Origin: Ramazzottius varieornatus
Lineage: Eukaryota > Animalia > Tardigrada
NCBI GenBank assembly: GCA_001949185.1
Contig: BDGG01000014.1
Coordinates: forward strand, 1,457,378-1,521,377
DNA: 64,000 nucleotides
Direction: 5' to 3'
Part shown: one piece after another, positions 23,511 to 34,086 of the stretch
Layout of the letters: the number at the start of each line of letters is the position of its first letter
Numbering within the stretch: the stretch's first letter is position 1
Position numbers and translations under genes: made by a program
The notes under the pieces: generated by a model
Database searches by the model: none
What the model was told of the DNA's origin: nothing
The model's input: the letters and a program-made list of their open reading frames with translations, nothing else

Positions 23511-25570
23511 ATGAGGAGCAGATCGCTGCAGCGTTCGGCCATTCTCTACCGATGGACATTGAGCATCATTCGGCTCCTCTGCGTACTGGCCGCTGCCAGC
23601 GTCGTCATTTTGCTGTTTTTTCTCTTCGACGGGGGGCATTCCACCTCGCGCCTCAAACACCACATCCCCTTCTGGAGGGTCAGTACAGGATGTGTCGTCA
23701 TTCTTCGTTACTGTAGCGTGTCTAGCTGTATCGAGCGGAGGTGACTTTTCGATGACGTCATACGCTAGTCGGACGATGTAATGTTTTCTTGTGCATCACT
23801 TGGCGCATGACGCCATCGCGACTTCTTATTTAAACCGAAAATTAAACGTGACGTTATGAGCGAGTTTGATTGGAAATAATATAGGCTCTCTGCCTATACC
23901 CTATCATAGTACAATCCCTCATATTGCTTCAGAACGGGAGGAGTTGGAGACTGAGTAGGACAGTGGATAGCCTGTTGGAGCAGATGCCGCTGGGAAGTTT
24001 CTTGATCGACAGGCAGATACTGTCCTGCTTGATTTCAACCGGCGATGTATATCCGGAGGTCTGTCTGGGCCTACTGCTGGAGTACGACGTGCTGGAGTTT
24101 GGCTACATCCATCAACCCAACACAACGTACGATATCGGTAGCGACAGTTGCCTGCTGCAAACTTCCGAACTGCAACCCTGCCAGCCTTGGAAGAAGGAGT
24201 GCGATAAGGCAGGATCAGCCTTCATCTCGCATATTCTTTTCCATTCCCAAAGCTATGCCAAGCTCCTCCTCGTCACCATCTTTTATCCCGTGTCGCAGTT
24301 TCACGCCAAGAGCAGCGCCTTGACGGTGCCATCCAAGAGCGTTTCGGAAACCACTGCATGTTTAGACAGCGAGATCAGGTTCTGGAATAGGCGGGCGAAA
24401 AGACTGACAGGGCTTGCTCGCAAGGAGGTTATTCCCAGGTGGGCCTTCCGTTGTACCATGGCCCTTGATGGTCTTGTGTCATGTGCTGTAGCGTAGCGTC
24501 GTCAACCTCTGTTGCAGGAAGCTGAGGCTGAGAGGTTACGTGACAACTTTTGGACTGAGCTCACCGCTGCTGCTACCTGAAAGGCCTGCCACGCTCTTTG
24601 TCGATAGCAGCGATGCGGGACAGTACATCCCATGCGCCGTCAAAGCGCCCCCTAAGGATCTTGGATTTTCCGCCGAGCACCAGCTCTTTCGGTCCAGAGC
24701 CAGAGCCATCCTTCTGCGAGCTCAAAGGATCCTGGAAAAACATGGCCTGCGATGGTGGCTGAGCAGCGGCACTTGCCTCGGTAAAATTCTAACCATGCAG
24801 CCTTGCTTCAAAGAGTGATATTCCCTTGACCTTGTCATATATCCGTTATAGGTTGGTTTCGGCAATGCGACATTATTCCCTACAGTCAAGACGTCGACAT
24901 TGGCCTTTTCATCGAAGATTATCGGCCAGATTTCGCTAGCTGGTTTGAGCAACGAGGTTTCGAAGTGGTTTATCGACTGGGCACCGTAAGCCCATTTACT
25001 GGGGTCACTTGTCTGACACTTGTCGATGGCTTTAAAGTAATTATGGTTTTGCAGGAGCGGGATAGCTTGCAGTATTCGTTCGTTATGGGCGAGACCAAGT
25101 TGGATGTCTACTTTTTCTATAAGGAAAGCAACTATGTCTGGAACGGCGCTACGGCCTACAAAGCTGGGCAGAAATTCCGGTAAGAGATACGAACACCGAA
25201 GCGCTGTCAGATGGAAGAGTCAATTGCCGGAGGCCGATCGTATTATAGGTACGTTTTCCCCAGCTTCAGCCTGTGCTACACAGATTTTCTGGAGGTGAGG
25301 ATGGTAGGGGTACCCTGTGAGACGGAGCAGTACATTGTGGCCAACTATGGCCCAGAGTGGCGCCAGCCGGCAGAGGAGTGGGACTGGCGTCACAGTCCGC
25401 CCAACTCCCGACTAAATGGCTTCTGGACGGCTGAGCAGCGACCTCAGGCCATCTACCTCAACCCCAAGTACTTTGCCGACATCGGTAGCCAAGCAGAACC
25501 CCTGGCCGTCCTCCAGCAAGACGCTGCAAACGCTGACACCGCCCAAGATTTACTGCTTCAGGCTCTTTAG
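23511..25570 (+). CDS. FKTN: Fukutin (LicD-family phosphotransferase, type II membrane protein)
   Basis: N-terminal TM (IIRLLCVLAAASVVILLFFLF). WWLSSGTCLG|WFRQCDIIPYSQDVDIG with DxD, KLDVYFFY, VPCETEQYIVANYGPEW and WDWRHSPPN match fukutin motifs. Six exons. Confidence 0.92.
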
Positions 25571-26906
25571 GAGGTCTGGCGGGATGGAAACCGTCAAGGG
25601 GAAGGAAAGTCTTCCCTGAATGCACACTTTTGCATTGTACTACTTCCAAAGGTCAGCACCAGCCTTTCGATCATATTGCTGTATCCTGCCGTCAAGAAAC
25701 TTTTGCTGGATGAACAATATTACATCAACATTCAACATATCAATGTCGAAATCGCATCTGGGTTGAGTAAACAAAATCTCCCCGTCAAATGTTGAAGCAG
25801 CATTTGTGGTTTGATTTCAGGATGTTTTGGAGTATTCAACACTGAAGCTGCAGGATTGCTGCAGAACTTGCAGATACGTGGAAAATGGGTCGTTGAGGGC
25901 GGATGGTGACTGCATGCGCGACGGGGATGGTCAAAGGATACTAGAAGGGATAAGGCAGAGTCGTTCTACTTGTCCGGATTGCTGGCCTTCTTTCGCAGAA
26001 AGACAGGCGGAAACTGCAGTCGTATCAGATGATGGCATTCCTTATCACAGCTCTCTCATCATCTAAGTTAGGCCACATTTCCTCTCATGCAATGTTATCT
26101 CTTTCCCAGTAAGATTGTGATTATGCTCTTTGTGATGAGCAAAATCTCAATTTGGCACTTGGAACTCCCTTACAAGAACCTTAATCACAAAATGGTTTCT
26201 TTGTCTAGTATCATCTTTTTTATTTAAATATTAACCGTTGCCGAACGGTATACAAGCTTCCTAACATGTAAAACGTTTAAAGTTGAGGAAATAGCAGCTG
26301 GAAGCTTTTAGCAGCATGGGAAAACCAGGAATTTCTGGGGGTGATGTTTACGTGTTGTGAGGTGTAAGGAAGGCGGCAGTCGGACAGTTGTCAAGTTGTA
26401 AAGCGCGAGCATTTAGCCGAGCAATATGGGTTTTGAGAAAGTGACAGGGCGGTATTGTGGCTAGGGGGAGGGTGTTAATTAATTAGGCTGTGCTGCCTTT
26501 GATACTGATGGCGCAGCTATTGTTCGGCCATGTGTACACTGCTAGCAAAACAAGACTGTAACTCTGTGCCGACAAAGCCTCTCCACTGTCCACAGTCCGC
26601 AGTCCAGCTGTCTTTTTTTATCGCGATGCATCCATCATCACAACAAGTCAATTAACCTATCTTCCCCCCTTCATCCTTTGCCTCTTAACAAGGGCCCTCT
26701 TTCTTCCCTTTACTCAAGGTTCCCCCCATCCAGTCTAGCCAATCGTTCGCTCCTCTGCCAGGTACCGCTATCTCCATCATTCCATCTTCCTTCACCAACA
26801 GTGCTGTCCCATATATCAGTTTGAGTTCCTCCTGAAGGTCGATGTATTCCTTCTCTTGGCTTACGGATTTGACGTTAGAAGTTTCCGACAAGCTGTCAAA
26901 TCGGCC

Positions 26907-29618
26907 ATGGTTCGTCATCGAGGCTTGTCGCCAGAGTCCGAGCCGTCTTCTTGCTCCTACACGTCGATCTCCGAGGGGTCGCCCTGTGCTTCGACCACTG
27001 CCAGCCCTCACAGTTCCACAAGCCCGCGCGGCCCTGCCCAGGAACCTTCGCCAGCTTCTTCACCCTCCTCCAGCGCCGCCATGCTTCATCGACCATCGCC
27101 GCGTCCGCCAGTCAGCAATCCCGTAACAAGTTCGAAGGATCTCAAGAATATCCACATCGAACTGTGCGATGTCGACTTGTGGAGAACCTTCAACACCAAC
27201 GTCACCAATGAAATGGTACTTATTCAGCTGTTGTTTCTGATTAGTCATTCACTCATTTCCATTAATTTCAAGACTCTTCTATGTAACATGCAGTCCCGAT
27301 GACCCTTGGCATCGGCCTGCAGTCAACTTTCTGCATTGTAGGGTATTTCACACTTTTGTTTTTTCTATCTAGATTATCACCAAAAGCGGCCGAAAGATGT
27401 TCCCTATTGTCAAAGTGAAGGTTAGTGGAATGGAAGCGCAAGGAATGTACAGCGTCTCCATGGACTTTGTCCAGCAAGGTTCGCAGCGGTGGAAGTACAC
27501 CGAAGGTGGCTGGTCACCAGCTGGCAAGGCCGAAGCTCAACCTCTGCCGGCAACCTACCTCCACAACAAGTCTCCTCACTACGGACATTTCTGGATGAAG
27601 GAACCCGTCGACTTTGCCAAAATCAAAGTCACCAACAAGAAGAGCGACGACAAGGTAACCTTTCATCACCTTTACTGTATCTTCACCCTAGATGCATTTT
27701 GTTGTCTTTACCAGATCTGGCTGAACTCTTTGCATCTTTATGAACCTCGCATTCGCATCTGTGAAATCGATCCCGTCGCCAAGAACGGCGAAATTGTCGT
27801 GGCCGAAAAACTTTTACCGGTAACATCTTCGTCGCATAAGCTGTCGTTAGCTTGGGATATGAAAATTCAGTCTGAAGATATGTATCTTGGAGAAACTTTG
27901 AACTCAGCTTCCACACAACTGTTTTTTTGCAGACGTGCGCTTTCATGGCTGTGACGAGCTACCAAAACGAGAGTATCACCCTCTTAAAGATCAAGCACAA
28001 TCCTTTCGCCAAAGGCTTTGCTGAAGCTCGCAATCTCAAAGAGAAAAGGTTATAATTATTGTTCTCAGTACAGATGTGCACACCCGTTGAGAGACTGAAG
28101 CGAGATTTTACATTCGTTCTTCTTGTTTCTTTTAGGATGATGAGTTTCGATGAGATGGAAGATGTCTCTCCTGGGCCCACGCAGCACACCCCTCGCAATA
28201 TGTACCACCCATCCAGCGTCCCTATGCAACAACCCTCCAATGGTCAGTCGCCCTTCATGCACTTCTCGCCATGTAAGTCAGAGCTGCTGAGAGCTTATTC
28301 GTTTGATATCTGGAATCGATGCAAACAAACTCGGCAAGTTTGTCTTTACAAGTGGCGCATGCTTGCAGCTAGTAGCACTGGCGGTATGCGCCACTTGGAT
28401 AAAGTATCCTACCTAGTTTCTCTGCGCAGCTTCCATTCTCCGATGACTGGTCTTTCACGAATTCAATGCTGCGGAGGTTGAAGTATGCACTGTTAATTTC
28501 TTTTCCAGTGTCACCGTGGCAGAATGCAACGTCGGCGTACGATGGAACTTTCTCCATTTCCGACGCGTCACTCTCTCAGCAGTCGTCCGTCCTTCCTGCT
28601 CAGTCCACTCCTCTATCCGACATCATCCTGCCTTTCCCAGCGGCGCCTCCCGAATACTCATCCCACCAAGACGACCTCGACCTGTCCATATCTTTCTACA
28701 ATTCTGGCAGTCGACCCGCATCTTTGGTCCAAAAGACGGAAAAGGGTACGGCACAGTCTCTTGGCGCAATGCTCGCGGCAAGATTTACGAGAAACACATC
28801 ATAGCCGGATAGCCCCATAATTTATATCTTTCTTGCTCCCGGCTTGTGAAGAGCGCTTTAAGCGTGCAGTAGCACCCATATATTACTAATTATTATTAGT
28901 AGATGAGAAGGCGACAGCCGTGCAGTAAAATCAAGCAGGGAAGACCACCTGCGGTCCTTCTGATCTTTGTTACCACACCGTCCCCTCCCTGATTGATCGG
29001 TAATTACGGCCAAATCGCATTCTTTTCCCCCAACTCCATGACATGAAGTTCGAACTGTTCTAAGACACGGCGGTTGCTGCCGCCACTCTGACAGCATAGC
29101 CAAATACCACGCTATTTAGGACTGCAGCGTAGAATTCCTTCGATAGTGGGCTTGTTCGGAATTTATGCTGACTAATCTTAAATGGGAGCACTGACGTTAA
29201 GTCGTTTGTTGTTGCAGGGTACCGTCATCACATGGCGCCGTACGACATGACTACTTCCGGGTTGTTCCACCGACGAGCGGCCAGCAGGGCTAACGAGGCT
29301 TACTGCAGCACGAGCAGCAGCAGCGGAGCCTACTCCTCCCGTGAGCACAACAGCAACACTGTTACGCCCTCTGCTGCCATGTACAGCACGGCCATGTCGT
29401 CTTATCACCAATACCAGTACCAGTCAAGCCTGTACAGTGGTCTCCTCCAGGCAGATCCCGGCTGGAATGTTGGTAGATACACTGGCCCTTATTCTCCTCA
29501 CTGGCAACGCATGCCAGAAAGTATGCCGGAAGGACAGCAAATTCTCGCTGCACTCTCCCCGCAAGAGTCTTCGCCGGCTTCGACCGACAGCGGCGCTTCA
29601 AACTTCCTCTACCACTGA
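26907..29618 (+). CDS. T-box transcription factor, divergent Brachyury-like
   Basis: GCCATGG start. Exons 26907-27215, 27373-27654, 27715-27819, 27933-28048, 28136-~28272, 28509-28745, 29218-29618. T-domain: [78 protein letters not shown]-box identity is certain; Brachyury orthology is probable. Confidence 0.9.
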
Positions 29619-29828
29619 AGATCCCACTCCTTTCCTCTGATCCACCATAGTTCCTGTACTTGATACTTCTCAACCAATCATTTTCGGAAAATCAAAGTTA
29701 GCTTTCGGTTTACTTTACTCAGCTTTGTGATACGCGTTCTTTCCCCTGACGTTGCTTTTTGCATACATGGCGTTTTGAGAACTGATCTCACGACCGTCGA
29801 CCCAACCTTGAAGCTGCGTTGGTATAAT

Positions 29829-30062
29829 TTCACTTCCGCCGGAAGTTATCGGTATTCTTGGTAATTTCTGTAGTTCGGACTAGTAAAGTCATCACTTCAC
29901 TTCCGCCGGAAGTTATCGGTGTTCTTAGATTCTTGCAGCTCGGACTAGTAAAGTTATCACTTCACTTCCGCCGGAAGTTATCGCGAGTTTCGGTGCTCGT
30001 GTGGTCGAAGTTTGCACTGGTACATATAAGCAACGTATTGACTTCAGCTCCGCCGGAAGTTA
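29829..30062. repeat. Short tandem repeat with palindromic core ACTTCCG-C-CGGAAGT (3 perfect copies, 1 degenerate)
   Basis: Cores start at 29832, 29899, 29964 and 30046 (spacing 67, 65, 82). The first two inter-core segments are similar to each other (…tcggactagtaaagt…atcactt). Confidence 0.85.
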
Positions 30063-30342
30063 CCAAAACGAATGAAAACTTCTGTACCTGGTAAGGTCGT
30101 TAAAGCAGATGAACTATTGTATGACTTATACAGTAACAACAGAGCCGTCAGAAGCCACAATATTGATAAAGAAAAATATGCGTACGGTACATGCATATGT
30201 TGACAGCGTCCATTCCGGGGATCAGACTAGTCGCCTTCACGTTCAGTCAGAGAATGAGCAAAAAAGCAAACGGAAAGGATTTTGGCTAAAAACAGAAAAG
30301 GGAGGAAGCCACTGGGACTGGAGAGAACCTCACCACACAGGA

Positions 30343-32395
30343 CTATCCGCTAACTATCGGTTCCGGTTGTGTCGCGGGTGGAGGCTGGCTACAACTGTTC
30401 TCCTCAATGGGCGAGGTCCCATCGGAAGGGAAGACACCGAGAACAGTCAACTGGGCAAAGCCTAACAGGGAAGACTCATCCGGCACTTCGTTGGGCGACA
30501 CACCGGAAGTGAGGGGAAAGACAATCGACCGTGACAGCGGTGGATGCTCTATCGTCTTTCGTAAGGCCGCGCCAACGACGGATAAATCCCTCCCGTCCAC
30601 TAAGGAAAACATTCCATCAACAACATGCTTCCATGCTACTTGTTGAACCAACAGATTTTGATGGTGGATGATGGGAACGTACCGAGGCCAGCAGAGATGA
30701 GTTCGGCAGCGATGGCATCGGCAGCGTCCACTCCGATGGTATATTCAAAGCGGATATCATTCAGCTCGCGGTTCTGATTCCGTACGCGCAGCACAAAACC
30801 CACCACTTCTCCATTCGTCCACGCTGCAACGAAGTATGCAACCATCAAGGTCTATTTAGGCAGAAAGGATGACCCGTCGGTGTGCTTACGGGCTGTTTCT
30901 TCCAGCAGGCCATTTGATAGCAGGCCCACATTATCTACAGCGTCGATGGCATCGACCTCGGTAGGTGCTGGTGAGACGTACTCGTCGTCTTCGGTGAAGG
31001 TCCAGTCGCCGCTTTCTGTCCGGAAGAAGCGTCCACTGCCGTGCTTGTCGCTGCTGCTCGTCTCGTCATAAGGCTTGATGTACATGCCTGGACCGTGGTC
31101 AAGAAGGGTCTCTTTGAGATACTTCCGGTCCTTTACTTTCTTGAAGAAGGGATATTTCAACAGTTCAGTGGCCGTTGGCCGCTTGGTTGGGTCTTTCTGC
31201 AGACAGTCCGTAATCAGCTTCCTAAAAAGGACAGGCAACCCTTGATATCGCGCTTTGACAGAGACAGAAAAAAGACAGCAGGCTAACCGGAAGTTCTTGC
31301 TGTAATGTTTGTATTGATCCTTAATTTCCGCTCCGGTTTCCAACGAAGGAGATTCATTTTGTAAGGTCAGCATTAAAACTTTCATGGCGGGAAACTTGTG
31401 GTAAGGCGCCCGTCCGGTGGCCAGTTCGATGGCAGTAATACCGAAACTCCAAATGTCCGCTTTGTAATCGTAGCCCACCACTTGCTCCATAACCTGCAAT
31501 CACCGCCAGCATGAATCTCTCATGGAAAAACTATTTCGAGCCCTCAGAACCGAACGGAAGACTAAAGTATGACCATACTTCCGGAGCCATGAAGCACGGA
31601 GTTCCTACGAACGTATGGCGGCAGTTGTCGCGTAGTCCACCACCGTAGTTGGCGATGAAAGCGCTAACGCCAAAGTCGGCGATTTGTACACTACCATCTT
31701 CACCCAATAAGATATTTCCCGCTTTGATATCCCGATGAATTTGCCCGTTGTGGTGGAAATATTCCAGGCCTTTTAGGACTTCTTTCAAGACTGTGGCGAT
31801 GGTCGTTTCGTCAAAGACACCATGACGGCAATCTTCATTCTCCAGCCGGTATTTGATGATGTCGTGCAGTGATCCACCGGCTAGAAGCTTGATAACCAGC
31901 CACAGTTCCTCATCGACCACGAAGGAGGTGTAGTAGTTGACCACGTTCTCATGATTACACAGCGACATGGCCTGAAATGAAAACGGGAATATGGATCAGG
32001 CTAATGCAGTTTCAAGGCCCCCAGTGCGCAAAAGAAAACCAGACAGGGCGGAGTCATCACGTGTGCGCGAGTGAGCATCCATAGGCACACAATTAGGCAA
32101 CGTGCGCATGATAGCACTCAGTTGTCCAATGGAGCCATACCTGGATTTCTTTGCACAATTCTTCCATGTTAGTGGACACTTTCTCCAGATTGATCCGTTT
32201 GATGGCACAACGCTGGTTCCGGGGGATACACATGGCGGCGTACACTTGAGCAGTAGCTCCCATACCGATGACATTCTTGATCTCGTAAGATTTGGGTCCA
32301 GTTGGCCAGCCATTGGAAGAGGTCGATGGTCCATTCTTGGGAAGAGTGGAAGCAGCAGGGGAATCACCCGTCGATAAATCAGCTTTCGTTTCCAT
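30343..32395 (-). CDS. STE20-family kinase OSR1/SPAK (Frayed / GCK-3 orthologue) with C-terminal CCT domain
   Basis: [20 protein letters not shown]; [26 protein letters not shown]; [16 protein letters not shown]; [20 protein letters not shown]; [22 protein letters not shown]...GFAQL. Confidence 0.95.
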
Positions 32396-32563
32396 TATAC
32401 CTTCTCTTTCCGCCTGATCGAGCTTGGAGTCACCTGTGAATTACAACAACAGTAACCCACAAAGAAAGAGAGAACGTGACGGGTCTAACAGAAATTTTTC
32501 CAGGTAGTCTTAACGTAAGCTGCTGATCTCTATGTTGACATTTTGCGCAATGTCAAAAGAGTA

Positions 32564-32994
32564 AGGTCTTACAAAAACTAAGCTGGCTTGGTGGTGTAAT
32601 TACACCAGCTACTTTGGTGGATACGCCCAAAAACTTTTTTGACCAGTTAGGAAAGCGGTATAACGGCTCGCTTTGAAAGCCCCGCACTGCAAGTAAGTAC
32701 GCTCGGAGGATTATGAGATCTTTGATGTCGGAGGAACCACCATACACTCACTAGTAGGATGAGTAGCGAGAAACTTCGTCATGGAAGTGGCATTTGAAAG
32801 TTTGAAGGGGAGCACAGCGCACTCGGGATGTTGGTTAAGCCTGGTGTCATTACGAGTCGTTCCGAAGCGACTCGTAATTACACCGAAAGTGTAATGTCTG
32901 GTGGAATGAAAAAGCCAATCGTATGGGTGTGGGTGGAGCCAATTATACTAGCGCTGTAATTCCACCAGCGGTGTAATCTATCTTTGTAAGCCCT
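32564..32994. mobile_element. MITE-like non-autonomous DNA transposon (~431 bp)
   Basis: TA|aggtcttacaaa ... tttgtaagccct|TA gives 12-bp TIRs with one mismatch. Internal palindrome ggtgtaattacacc and a 17-bp inverted repeat ggtgtcattacgagtcg/cgactcgtaattacacc. No coding capacity. Confidence 0.6.
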
Positions 32995-34086
32995 TAATGT
33001 GATCAGTGCTTCCTGTTTGGCGAACATCACCCAGCGTGCCGCAGACGTACTTTATCACAGCACGCTGCAGGCTGCAAGGCTTCGAAGTCAGCTGTACAAG
33101 CACCATTGGGCCATTGCGCTTCTGTTTACTTAACACATGACTGCCCTTGAATCATTGATTTCCATATTGAAAACATCGTACGAGTACTACGGACAGCACG
33201 GCGCGAGTACACAGGTTGCTGAAGAGGTCACAAGCTCTGCTTACTGGAAGGCCACACCTCCACAGTTTTGATTGGCTGCGAGCGGGATAAGCAGTTTACA
33301 GCTGTGCGAACGGAAGCAGTCGTTATACGCCAAAAGTCGATGTATTGATAGATTGCCCTGTTTCGCAGCTAAAGACGAGGTACCGGCTATACAGCCTTCA
33401 ATTTGCAGTGAAGGTTATTCCTTCTCCTTCCGGGATTTCGCGGTTTTAGTAGAAAATCGGTTAAAAACGTTCAATCAGGGCGCAAAATACCGTGAATGTG
33501 GCCGCCGCAGTCAATGTAGGTCGGCTGTTTCGTGCAGTGGTGACTGCTGTAGTATTGTGGCCCACCTTTTGGACCCTCAATCAGACAGGTTAAGTTGGGT
33601 GCACCTAATTTTATATTACTTTTTGACCCCTCCAGCAACCTCTGCCGCTCTGCGCGGGTACGCACTACGCAGTACTCGTACTTCGTATACCTATGCTATA
33701 CTCCAAGGACCCATGACCGAGTTCCGCTGCTTCAGACTCTCCACCCGAACATGCACGACAGTTTTTAGGTTTGCTCGCGCAAGATACCGTTAACATCAAC
33801 ACCGGATAAAAATCGTCCACTCCTCGGAATCTCTTGGAAAAAGTACGACGGGCAAACTGAATAATGATGAATATCGGGATCTGGAATAACTTGGTCTAAA
33901 AGGTAACAGAAGACTACAGGAATGCGAGATGTGAACAGCTTTCATAACAGAACAATAAATTTGAGCCAAGGCAGTTTTTGGAAAAGGACAAAACATCTGG
34001 AAACATTCGAAGCGCACGTAGTCGGAAGAACCAGGGGGCAAATATTTCACCCAGCATTCAGAAATAAAAAAGCAAATTCCCTCTGT

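Noticed and set aside
25821-26066. TTTCAG acceptor followed by an ORF with CRTC/CPDC motifs after fukutin
   Set aside because: No convincing upstream donor or start and no recognisable family; insufficient support.
29829-30062. CRISPR-like look (palindromic repeats with ~50-65-nt gaps)
   Set aside because: Eukaryotic context, no cas genes, and the first two 'spacers' are homologous to each other, so it is a tandem repeat.
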